Source: Alphaproteobacteria bacterium (GTDB taxonomy: Bacteria > Pseudomonadota > Alphaproteobacteria > JAAXGF01). Taken from it: a stretch of DNA of 64,000 bases. Under the pieces are notes generated by a model. The model ran no database searches. It saw only the letters and a list, made by a program, of their open reading frames with translations, and was not told where the DNA came from. A program made the position numbers and the translations under genes. Shown here in pieces: positions 28,001 to 36,833 of the stretch (position 1 is the first letter of the stretch; every line of letters begins with the position of its first letter). The DNA lies in the NCBI GenBank assembly GCA_963555825.3, contig CAUVXB020000002.1:1504001-1568000 (forward strand), written 5' to 3'.

Positions 28001-29698
28001 TTAAAACAGCCCGGTGATCTTGCCGTTGGCGTCGACCGCGATCGAGTTCGCGGCGGGCACGCGCGGCAGGCCCGGCATGGTCATGATGTCGCCGCAGATC
28101 GCGACCAGGAACTCGGCGCCGGCCGAGACGCGCACCTCGCGCACCGGCACGACGAAATCGACCGGCGCACCCTTGAGCGTGGGATCGGACGAGAACGAGT
28201 ACTGGGTCTTGGCCATGCACACCGGGAATTGGCCGAAACCTAAGTCCTGCAACAGGTCGATCTGGTCGCGCACGCGCTTGTCGGCAACCACGACGTCGGC
28301 GCCGTAGACGCTCTCGGCGACGGTGCGGATCTTGTCCCACAGCGGCATGTCGTCGGGGTAGAGCAACTTGAAGTCGCTCGGTTTCGTCTCGATGGTACGC
28401 ACCACGGTGTCGGCGAGATCGAGCGCGCCCTGGCCGCCCTGCGCCCAGTGGTCGGACTGCACCGCCTCGACGCTGATTTCCTTGCAGCGCGCCAGCACCA
28501 AGTCGACCTCGGCCTGGGTGTCGGCAGAGAAGGTGTTGATCGCGACGACGACCTCGACGCCGAACTTGCGCAGGTTGGCGATGTGGCGCTCGAGGTTGGC
28601 GAGGCCGCCGCCGAGCGCCTCGAGGTTCTCGCTCGTGAGGTCCCCCTTGGCGACACCGCCGTGCATCTTGAGCGCCCGGATGGTCGCGACGATGACCACG
28701 CAGTCGGGCGTGAGCCCCGCCTTGCGGCACTTGATGTCGAAGAACTTCTCGGCGCCCAGGTCGGCGCCGAAGCCGGCCTCGGTGACGCAGTAGTCGACCA
28801 GTTTCAGCGCCGTCGTGGTCGCCAGCACCGAGTTGCAGCCATGCGCGATGTTGGCGAACGGACCGCCGTGGATGAACGCTGGGTTGTGCTCGAGCGTCTG
28901 AACCAGATTGGGCGCCAGCGCGTCCTTCAGGAGCGCCGTCATCGGGCCCTGCGCCTTGAGTTCCGCGGCGCGTACCGGCGTGCGGTCGCGCGTGTAGCCG
29001 ACGATGATATTGCCGAGGCGGGTTTGCAGGTCGTCGAGGTCGCGCGCCAGGCAGAAGATCGCCATGACCTCGGAGGCGACCGTGATGTCGAAGCCGTCCT
29101 CGCGCGGATAGCCGTTGGCGACGCCGCCCAGCGAGTTGGTGATCGTGCGCAGCGCGCGCTCGTTCATGTCCATGGCGCGGCGCCAGGTGATGCGTCGCGA
29201 ATCGAGGCCGAGCTCGTTGCCCCAGTACATGTGGTTGTCGATCAACGCGGCGAGCAGATTGTTCGCCGTGCCGATGGCGTGCAGGTCGCCGGTGAAGTGG
29301 AGGTTGATGTCCTCCATCGGCACGACCTGGGCATAGCCGCCGCCGGCCGCGCCGCCCTTGACGCCGAAGCACGGGCCGAGACTCGGCTCTCGCAGGCAGA
29401 TCATCGCGCGTCTGCCGCGTGCGTTGAGCGCGTCGCCGAGACCCACCGTGGTCGTCGTCTTGCCCTCGCCGGCCGGCGTCGGCGTGATCGCGGTGACCAG
29501 GATCAGCTTGCCGTCGGGCTTGTCGTCCAGCGATTTGACGTAGTCGAGCGAGACCTTCGCCTTGTAGTGGCCGTAGGGCTCGAGATGCGTCGCCTCGATG
29601 CCCAGCTTGTCCTCGGCGATTTCGACGATCGGCCGCATCTCGGCCGCCTGGGCGATTTCGATGTCGGATTTCGGATTGGTGTGTTGATCGGTGGCCAT
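28001..29698 (-). CDS. fhs: Formate--tetrahydrofolate ligase
   Basis: [55 protein letters not shown]. Confidence 0.97.
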   Translation of the reverse strand: MATDQHTNPKSDIEIAQAAEMRPIVEIAEDKLGIEATHLEPYGHYKAKVSLDYVKSLDDKPDGKLILVTAITPTPAGEGKTTTTVGLGDALNARGRRAMICLREPSLGPCFGVKGGAAGGGYAQVVPMEDINLHFTGDLHAIGTANNLLAALIDNHMYWGNELGLDSRRITWRRAMDMNERALRTITNSLGGVANGYPREDGFDITVASEVMAIFCLARDLDDLQTRLGNIIVGYTRDRTPVRAAELKAQGPMTALLKDALAPNLVQTLEHNPAFIHGGPFANIAHGCNSVLATTTALKLVDYCVTEAGFGADLGAEKFFDIKCRKAGLTPDCVVIVATIRALKMHGGVAKGDLTSENLEALGGGLANLERHIANLRKFGVEVVVAINTFSADTQAEVDLVLARCKEISVEAVQSDHWAQGGQGALDLADTVVRTIETKPSDFKLLYPDDMPLWDKIRTVAESVYGADVVVADKRVRDQIDLLQDLGFGQFPVCMAKTQYSFSSDPTLKGAPVDFVVPVREVRVSAGAEFLVAICGDIMTMPGLPRVPAANSIAVDANGKITGLF

Positions 29699-29883
29699 GG
29701 TGTCTTCTGTTCCCGCTCGCTTAAGTGGCTCGGCACGATGGCGTCGAACGCGCGGTCAAAATCACCGCCTCGCCCGGCAATCGCGCTGCCGGCTTCGCGC
29801 CCTATACCTGACGGCAGACAAACAATGACCGGTCGCCGTGGCGGCACGTCTTCGCGCCACGTGGACCGGCTTACGGACGCTCG

Positions 29884-29916
29884 AAAAAAAGCCGCCGAAC
29901 CGTAGCGGTTTGCGGC
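29884..29916 (-). terminator. Intrinsic terminator
   Basis: gccgcaaaccgctacggttcggcggc hairpin + T7. Confidence 0.65.
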
Positions 29917-29990
29917 GTTCGGGGCAACGGGTATTCACGCAGTTTTGAACACCGCGAACCGCGGATTCGATGTCCCGCCCGTGGCCTAAG

Positions 29991-30024
29991 AAAAAGGGGC
30001 ACCGGGCGTATGGCCCGGTGCCCC
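29991..30024 (-). terminator. Intrinsic terminator after the amt operon
   Basis: ggggcaccggg/cccggtgcccc stem + T5. Confidence 0.85.
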
Positions 30025-30052
30025 GACGTCAAGGCATGGCGTTGGCGCCGCT

Positions 30053-30274
30053 CTAGTCGGAGTCGCCCAACGCCTTTCTTATGGATTCGTCATCTCCATG
30101 TTTGGCCATCTCGTCGCGATAGGTGGCGTTTTCGTGCTTGACCTGCCAGACGTGCCAGAGAAGCCAAAGGACGACGGCGACCGCAGCCATGAGGCCTTCG
30201 GATCCGACAAACGGATATATATACGTGACGTCGGCCAGGTCGACGGCCCAGGTTTCGATCGGTGTGGTTGACAT
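30053..30274 (-). CDS. Small single-TM hypothetical protein downstream of amt
   Basis: RBS aaggag; one hydrophobic helix. Confidence 0.75.
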   Translation of the reverse strand: MSTTPIETWAVDLADVTYIYPFVGSEGLMAAVAVVLWLLWHVWQVKHENATYRDEMAKHGDDESIRKALGDSD

Positions 30275-30310
30275 GATCTATCTCCTTTATCCGATATCCG
30301 TTGGCCGTGC

Positions 30311-31696
30311 TCAGGCGCGTGCTTCGCGGACACCCGCGAGAACGTCGGCGCGGGCCTGATCGGCTTCCTGGTTGGAGCCGAAGTCGAGGCCCAGGAGCTC
30401 GATCTCCTTTGGAATGCGCAGCAAATCCATGCTCGCGAGGATCTTAGCGAGAATCCAGGCGGGAATGAATCCGAGCACCCAGAACATGATGATCGCGCCG
30501 GCGAACTGACCGACCGGGTTGATCGCGGCGAAGCCGTCGTAAGGCGATGACGGATGCCCCCAGAGCACGAAGCCGGCGATGACCACGCCGAAGAACCCGG
30601 CATAGCCGTGAACCGCGACCGCGCCGACCGCGTCGTCGACCTTGAACGTCCGCTCGACCCAGAAGTGCAGCTTGTACATGAACGCAGTGCCAATGCCGCC
30701 GATGATCAGCGCCTGGATCGGGTGGTAGAGATCGTTGCCGGCCGACGCCGCAATGATCCCGGCGAGACCGCCCGAGTAGGTCCAGAAGGCATCCCCCTTG
30801 GACATCATATAGCCCACCAGCATGCCGCCAGAGAGCGACATCAGGAAGTTTACCGTGATCGCCGAAAGCGTGGTTGGCGTCAGGTAAATGGTGGTCCCCG
30901 TCTGGGTGGCGCCGGTTATCAGGCCGTCGATATACCCGGTGGTCGCAAGCGGCACGTTACACGCCACGTAGAAGCCCCAGAAGCCGGTATAGATCAGGAA
31001 CAGCCCGATACATACCAGCCAGGGATTGTGGGGCCGGATGTCGCGCGGCGTGCCGTCGGCGGCGAACTTGCCGAGACGGGGGCCGAGCACCACCAGAATG
31101 CCGAGGGCGGTGCCGCCGGCGATGGCGTGGATGACGCCCGAGGCATAGGCGTCGTGATAGCCCAACTTCTCGACCATCCAGCCGCTGTAGCTCCAGCCCC
31201 AGGCGGCGTCAATCGACCAGGTGACCGAGCCGATGAGGATGGCGAAGAGCCAGAAGGCGAAGGAGCGAATGCGCTCGATAACCGCGCCCGAGACGATCGA
31301 GGCGGCGGTCCAGGCGAACAGCAGGAAGGCGGCCCAGAAGACGCCGGTGATGCGGCCTCCAAGTCCGTCTGCGCCCAGGTTCGGTCCCATTTCCTGGCTC
31401 CAGGGATAGGAGGCCACGGCGAAATCGAAATCCCCACCCGGATGGCCGATGCCACCGGTGATGCCCGGGCCGCCCGCGAACGCCCAATAGATCCACCAGC
31501 CGAAGAAGAACCAGGTGACGGTGACCAGCGGGATCAACATCGAATTCTTCATCAGCGTGTGCATGTGGTTTCTGCGCCGGCTCGCGCCCACCTCGTACAT
31601 GCAGAACCCGACGTGAATCAGGAACATCAGCGCGACGGTAATCCAGTAGTAGAACTCGGTGAATATGATAGTTAACGCACCAACATCGGTATCCAT
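30311..31696 (-). CDS. Amt-family transporter (possibly methylamine)
   Basis: GFCMYEVG, IVSGAVIER, VIHAIAG, LGPRLG, DDAVGAVAVHG; many TM helices. Confidence 0.9.
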   Translation of the reverse strand: MDTDVGALTIIFTEFYYWITVALMFLIHVGFCMYEVGASRRRNHMHTLMKNSMLIPLVTVTWFFFGWWIYWAFAGGPGITGGIGHPGGDFDFAVASYPWSQEMGPNLGADGLGGRITGVFWAAFLLFAWTAASIVSGAVIERIRSFAFWLFAILIGSVTWSIDAAWGWSYSGWMVEKLGYHDAYASGVIHAIAGGTALGILVVLGPRLGKFAADGTPRDIRPHNPWLVCIGLFLIYTGFWGFYVACNVPLATTGYIDGLITGATQTGTTIYLTPTTLSAITVNFLMSLSGGMLVGYMMSKGDAFWTYSGGLAGIIAASAGNDLYHPIQALIIGGIGTAFMYKLHFWVERTFKVDDAVGAVAVHGYAGFFGVVIAGFVLWGHPSSPYDGFAAINPVGQFAGAIIMFWVLGFIPAWILAKILASMDLLRIPKEIELLGLDFGSNQEADQARADVLAGVREARA

Positions 31697-32092
31697 GCTT
31701 CAACCCCCTTATGATTCTGACCGCATGGCGGGAGGGATCGGTCCGTGCGTGACCTCGGCGCCGCGTCGTTGGCAGACCGTTGGCAATGTTGACGCTAATT
31801 CGCGAAACCACGACATATAGTGTCTACCAGCCGCCACATGACATATATCCCGTATGCCGGTCGATCCGCAAGGATTTTATCAACGGCCGATCGAGGCTGC
31901 TTGACCCTCCCTTGGTCCGGTAAGCCCGGACTTTTCAGTGGCCATTGAAGCCCGCAACTAGGCCGGGGTCAAGCGCCAGTTGGCGTCGTGTGGTCAATTA
32001 ATTCCTATTGCGGCCAGACCCTTAGGTCTGTCGTTGACCTCTAAACCCCCGAATTCTAAGGTTTTTGGCCTCTCGAATTGGTATGGTGGGGC

Positions 32093-32647
32093 ATGGCTGA
32101 CGAACCCGGCAAAACGCGCCTGCGCGACGAATTTCTCGGCTGGCAGTGCCGCGTGCGTCAGCACGCCATGCGCCAGTACGGCGGGCGGCCGTCGCCCGGC
32201 ATGCGCCCGCGCGTCACGCGCCTCGACGGCGCCGAGATCGCGCCGGCCATGACTGTGCTGCTGATCGAGGCCGAGCCCGAAGAGACCACCGCCATGTGTC
32301 GCCACATCGTCAAGCGGACGCACGAGCCGGAACGCCGCTACCAGGACGCGCTCGATCTGCTCTCGGCCGCGCATTTCCAGAACGCGGGGCATTTCTCGGA
32401 GGTCTTGACGGCGCTCGTCGCGGCCGGCGCGCCGATCGCCGCCGAGCGCGCTTGCATCCTCGAGTTCGAGCAGTTCAGCCAGCGCTGGCGTTTCGCCTGC
32501 GCGGTCGCCGCGCTCGACGCCGACGACCCGGCCTACCAGGCGACCTATTGGCACAACCACATGTTCAACCCGGCCATACCGGCCGCCATCCGCGTGCTCG
32601 CCTTGACGCCGGATTGGGACGAAGTGTCAGCCACGCCGCCTGTCTAG
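32093..32647 (+). CDS. Hypothetical protein
   Basis: Host-like codon usage; FLGWQCRVRQ...ATYWHNHMFNP. Confidence 0.75.
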   Translation: MADEPGKTRLRDEFLGWQCRVRQHAMRQYGGRPSPGMRPRVTRLDGAEIAPAMTVLLIEAEPEETTAMCRHIVKRTHEPERRYQDALDLLSAAHFQNAGHFSEVLTALVAAGAPIAAERACILEFEQFSQRWRFACAVAALDADDPAYQATYWHNHMFNPAIPAAIRVLALTPDWDEVSATPPV

Positions 32648-32812
32648 AGCACAATCCGATCAATCGGATTGTGCCAGCCCGCGCCAATTTAATTGGGACA
32701 AGAGGAGGGCCGCCGACCGTTCGGCCAGTCCTTGTGGGATAAAGATTGGCCTGCGCGGCGATTGAGCGCAGGTGATCTTTGCGCAGCAAAGATGACCGGA
32801 TCAAAAACTCTA
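32645..32812. repeat. TA-bounded palindromic repeat element (related copies at 23640-23724 and 59266-59356)
   Basis: tagag...ctcta ends; 33-bp exact match of 32708-32740 to the reverse complement of 23692-23724. Confidence 0.75.
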
Positions 32813-32821
32813 ACCGCCGGC

Positions 32822-34375
32822 TCAGAAATAGTCGCGGTCGGGCTGGCTCGCCTTGCGTTTGGCGATGAATTCCCGCAGCGCCTCGTCGATCGCCGGGTCG
32901 AGCCCCGGGTCCTGGTAGGTCTCGAGCAGACGCTTCCATTCCCGGTTGGCGCGCTCGGCCGCGTCGAGCCCGCCTTCGGCGTGCCACTGCTCATAGGAGT
33001 TGCTGTCGGCGCTGGCCGATTGATAGAAGGCGGTCTCGAAATTGGCCTGGGTGTGCGCCGAGCCCAGGAAGTGGCTGGCCGGACCGACCGCCTGGATGGC
33101 GTCGAGCGCGAGCGCGTTCTCCGACAAATCGATGCCTTCGAAGAAGTTCTGCACCTTGCCGCAGACGTCGGCATCGATGATCGTCTTCTCATAGCCCGTG
33201 CACAGACCGCCCTCGAGCCAGCCGGTCGCGTGGTTGATGACGTTGGCGCCGGCGAACATCGCCATCAACAGACCCCAGGTGCCCTCCTGCTCGGCCTGGC
33301 CGTCGGGCAGCTTCGAGGCCGATAGCGAACCGACCGTGTGCAGCGGCACGCCGAGGCGGCGCGCCAACTGGCCCGACGCGAGCACCATCTTTGCGGCCTC
33401 CGGCGTGCCGAAGGTCGGCGCGCCCGACTGCATCGAGATCGTGCTCGCGAAGCTGCCCATCAGGCACGGCGCGCCGGGGTTGATCAGCTGGACCAGCGCC
33501 AGGCTCGCCAACGCCTCGGCGAGCACCTGGGTCAGCGTGCCGGCGACCGTGCAGGGGCTCATCGCGCCGGCCAGCGTCCACGGCGTGCAGGCGACCGCCT
33601 GGTTGTTGCGCGCGTATACCTTGAGCGCGCCAGACATGTTCACGTCGAGCACCAGCGGCGCGTTGGTGTTGCTGACCGCATACAGGCAGACGTTGTCGCG
33701 GACGAAGTCCTCGCCGAACAGGAGCTTCGCCATGTCGACCGAATCCTGGGCGCGCTCCGCGCCGATCAGCGCGCCGTAGAAGGCGCGGTCCGAATAGCGG
33801 ATGTGGGCGTAGAGCATGTCGAAATGCCGCTTGTTGGCCGGCAGGTCGACCGGCTCGCAGACGACGCCGCCCGAGTGGTGGAGCCAGGGGATCATCTGGT
33901 GGATCTTGACCAGCTTGCGGAAGTCCTCGTGCGTCGCGTAGCGCCGCCCGTCATCGAGGTTGTGCACGAAGGGCGGCCCCCAGGACGGGCACAGCACCGT
34001 ATTGGCGCCGCCGATCGCGACGTTGTTCGCCGGGTTGCGCGCGTGCTGGACGAATTCCGCGGGCGCGGTCGCCTGTATCAGCTGGCGGCACATGCCCGGC
34101 TCGAAGCGCACCCGCTCGCCTTTGACATCGGCCCCGGCGCTCCGGAAGATGTCGAGGATCTCGGGGTCGCCGGTGAACTCCATGCCGGTCTCCTTCAAGA
34201 GGACATCGGCGTTGTGTTCGATCAGACCCAAGCCCTCTTCGTCGAGCACGTCATAGGTGCCGAGCTTGCGCGTGATGTAGGGCGCCCGCACCGCGCTCCG
34301 GTCCGCGCGCGCCGCGATCCGGCTGGCCCGGCCCCGCCGGCCGCTCGTCTTGGTGCGCTTCCCTGAATCGGTCAT
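32822..34375 (-). CDS. Trimethylamine methyltransferase (MttB) family, non-pyrrolysine
   Basis: GGVVCEPVDLP, LAGAMSP, MQSGAPTFGTPE, SKLPDGQA, HATGWLEGGL; no in-frame TAG. Confidence 0.9.
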   Translation of the reverse strand: MTDSGKRTKTSGRRGRASRIAARADRSAVRAPYITRKLGTYDVLDEEGLGLIEHNADVLLKETGMEFTGDPEILDIFRSAGADVKGERVRFEPGMCRQLIQATAPAEFVQHARNPANNVAIGGANTVLCPSWGPPFVHNLDDGRRYATHEDFRKLVKIHQMIPWLHHSGGVVCEPVDLPANKRHFDMLYAHIRYSDRAFYGALIGAERAQDSVDMAKLLFGEDFVRDNVCLYAVSNTNAPLVLDVNMSGALKVYARNNQAVACTPWTLAGAMSPCTVAGTLTQVLAEALASLALVQLINPGAPCLMGSFASTISMQSGAPTFGTPEAAKMVLASGQLARRLGVPLHTVGSLSASKLPDGQAEQEGTWGLLMAMFAGANVINHATGWLEGGLCTGYEKTIIDADVCGKVQNFFEGIDLSENALALDAIQAVGPASHFLGSAHTQANFETAFYQSASADSNSYEQWHAEGGLDAAERANREWKRLLETYQDPGLDPAIDEALREFIAKRKASQPDRDYF

Positions 34376-34394
34376 GGCCAATCTCCCGGCGTCA

Positions 34395-36833
34395 TCATGC
34401 GCCCGGCGCGTCGCGCGGCAAATCGTTATCGGGGTCGTAGGGCGCGACCTCGAGCACCCGCGCCGCGATCTCCCGGCCGAGAACCAGCACCGACAGGTCG
34501 GCTGTCTCGGTGCCCGGCGTCAGATAGGCGAGCGCGAGCGAGACGCCCGTGCGGTGCCCGATCGCCGCCGAGGTCACCATGCCGACCGGCTCGCCGCCTT
34601 GCAGCACGGTATGGTTGGCGAAAGGATAGGCACCGGCGTTCAGCTCGAGCAGCGCCATGCGCCAGGCGTCGCCCGACGCAGCGCGCGCCAGCATGGCGTC
34701 GCGGCCGACGAAGTCGCGGCCGTCGGGCTTGACCAGGTAGCCGAGACCCGCCTCGAGCGGCGTCCGCTCGGTGGTCAGGTCGCTGCCCCAACCGCCATAA
34801 CCCTTCTCCAATCGCATGGCATTGAGAGCATAGACACCGAACGGGCGGATGCCCATTGGCCCGCCCGCCGCCATCAGCGCGTCGTAAAGCCTCGCAAGCT
34901 CGCCGAGCCCGGCGTGCAGCTCCCAGCCCAGCTCGCCGGCGTAGGAGATGCGCAGCGCGCGCAGCGCAACGCCGGCAACCGCAATCTCCCGCGCCGACAG
35001 CCAGGGGAAGGCGGCGTTGCCGAAATCGGCGTCGGCGAGACCGGCGAGGACCGCGCGGGATTTCGGCCCGACCACCGCGAGGATGCCGACATCCTCGGTC
35101 CGGTTGGCGATCTCGACGCCGTCGAAGTCGCCGGACCGGGCGCGCAACAGGTCCTCGTCGTGCCGTTCGGCGGCCGCCGCGCTGGTCAGATAGAAGCGGT
35201 CCTCGGCGAGCCGCGTGACGGTGAACTCCGAGGCGACGCCGCCGGCCGGCGTCAGCGCGTGAGTCAGGCCGATGCGGCCGGGCCTCGAGGGCGGCCGGTT
35301 GGCGCCGAGCGTCTCGAGAAAGGCGGCGGCGTCGGGCCCGGAGACGTCGAACTTGGCGAACGCCGAGAGATCGGCGATGCCGACCGCGTCGCGCACCGCC
35401 AGGCACTCCTCGGCCACCGCGTCGAGCCAGGCGGGCCGGTCGAAGGTGAGCGGCGCCGCGGCATCGTCGCCGGCGCGGGCGAACCAGTTGGGCCGCTCCC
35501 AGCCATAGGCGCAGCCGAACACCGCGCCGGCCATGGCCTGGGCGTCGTAGACCGGCGTCACGCGCTTGGGGCGTCCGGCCTCGCGCTCCTCGTAGGGGTA
35601 GTGGACGGCGAACTGCAGGCCGAAACACTCGACCGCCTTGTCGAGGCGGTAGGCGCGGTCGGCGTAGTTGCCGAAGCGGCGCGCATCGATCGCCAGCGCG
35701 TCGCTCGGCGGCCCTCCGCCCGCCATCCATTCGGCGAGGAACTTGCCGGCGCCGCCGCCTTCCATCACGCCCATGCTCGAGCCGGTCAGCAGCCAGGCGT
35801 TGGTCAGCCCGAAGGCCGGGCCGATCAGCGGGTTGGCGTCGGGCGTGAAGGTGATCGGGCCGTTGACGATGGTCTTGATACCGGCCTCGGCGAGCGCCGG
35901 CACGCGGTCCATGGCCTTGGCGACGATGTGCTCGATGCGGTCCAGGTCGGGCGGCAGCAGCTCCTTGCCGAAACCGGCCGGCACGCCGTCGACCGACCAC
36001 GGCTGGGCGGCCTTCTCGTATGGGCCGACGATATAGCCGTCGCGCTCCTGACGCAGGTACCAGCTCTCCTCGGGGTCGCGGATGATCGGCAACTCGGCGG
36101 CGCCGGCGGCGATGCGCTCGGCGATCGGCGCGACGCGATCGGTCACGACGTATTGGTGCAGCATCGGCACGACCGGCAGATCGATACCCATCATGGCGCC
36201 GATCTCGCGGCACCAGGTGCCCGCCGCGTTGACGACGTGCTCGGTGCGGATGGTTCCGCCGCGCGTCGCGACGAGCCACTCGCCCGATGGCGCGCGGCCG
36301 ATCGCCTCGACCGGGTTGTTACGGTAGATCTCGGCGCCGGCCGCGCGCGCGCCGGCGGCCATCGCGTTGGTCGCGAGCGACGGATCGACATGGCCGTCAT
36401 CGGGCTCCCAGATCGCGCCCACAAGGCCCTCGGTCCGGCACAGCGGATAGATCTCGGCGAGTTCGCCGGGCGAGAGGATATGGAAATCGTGGCCGACGAA
36501 CCGGCCGAGGCCCTGGACCTGGCGGAACTCGGCCAAGCGGTCCGCCGAACGCGTCACGCGCAACGCGCCCGAGGCGTGGAAGCCGGTTGCGAGGCCTGTT
36601 TCCCCGGGCAAAATATCGCGGTAAAGGCGCGCCGAGTGCGCGCGCATCGCCATGATCGTCGGGTCGTGGGCGAAATGCGTGCACAGGCCGGCGGCGTGCC
36701 AGGTCGAACCCGAGGTCAGCTCGTCCTTGTCGACCAGCACGACGTCGCGCCAGCCGAGCTTGGTCAGGTGATAGAGAGCCGAGACACCCATCACGCCGCC
36801 GCCGACGATGACCACCCGTGCCTCGGTCTTCAT
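34395..36833 (-). CDS. GcvT-family FAD-dependent oxidoreductase (dimethylglycine/sarcosine dehydrogenase-like)
   Basis: GGGVMG, TSGSTWHAAG, GPITFTPD, GWERP, ISYAGELGWE, MRLEKGY; start moved to ATG 36833. Confidence 0.9.
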   Translation of the reverse strand: MKTEARVVIVGGGVMGVSALYHLTKLGWRDVVLVDKDELTSGSTWHAAGLCTHFAHDPTIMAMRAHSARLYRDILPGETGLATGFHASGALRVTRSADRLAEFRQVQGLGRFVGHDFHILSPGELAEIYPLCRTEGLVGAIWEPDDGHVDPSLATNAMAAGARAAGAEIYRNNPVEAIGRAPSGEWLVATRGGTIRTEHVVNAAGTWCREIGAMMGIDLPVVPMLHQYVVTDRVAPIAERIAAGAAELPIIRDPEESWYLRQERDGYIVGPYEKAAQPWSVDGVPAGFGKELLPPDLDRIEHIVAKAMDRVPALAEAGIKTIVNGPITFTPDANPLIGPAFGLTNAWLLTGSSMGVMEGGGAGKFLAEWMAGGGPPSDALAIDARRFGNYADRAYRLDKAVECFGLQFAVHYPYEEREAGRPKRVTPVYDAQAMAGAVFGCAYGWERPNWFARAGDDAAAPLTFDRPAWLDAVAEECLAVRDAVGIADLSAFAKFDVSGPDAAAFLETLGANRPPSRPGRIGLTHALTPAGGVASEFTVTRLAEDRFYLTSAAAAERHDEDLLRARSGDFDGVEIANRTEDVGILAVVGPKSRAVLAGLADADFGNAAFPWLSAREIAVAGVALRALRISYAGELGWELHAGLGELARLYDALMAAGGPMGIRPFGVYALNAMRLEKGYGGWGSDLTTERTPLEAGLGYLVKPDGRDFVGRDAMLARAASGDAWRMALLELNAGAYPFANHTVLQGGEPVGMVTSAAIGHRTGVSLALAYLTPGTETADLSVLVLGREIAARVLEVAPYDPDNDLPRDAPGA

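Noticed and set aside
29699-29880. ZTP or THF riboswitch before fhs
   Set aside because: Conserved core motifs were not found by eye.
31809-31823. NrdR-box-like sequence (acactatatgtcgtg on the minus strand) upstream of amt
   Set aside because: Two mismatches, no convincing second box and no nucleotide-reduction gene; probably chance.
32822-34375. Pyrrolysine-containing MttB
   Set aside because: No in-frame TAG and no pyl genes in the window.
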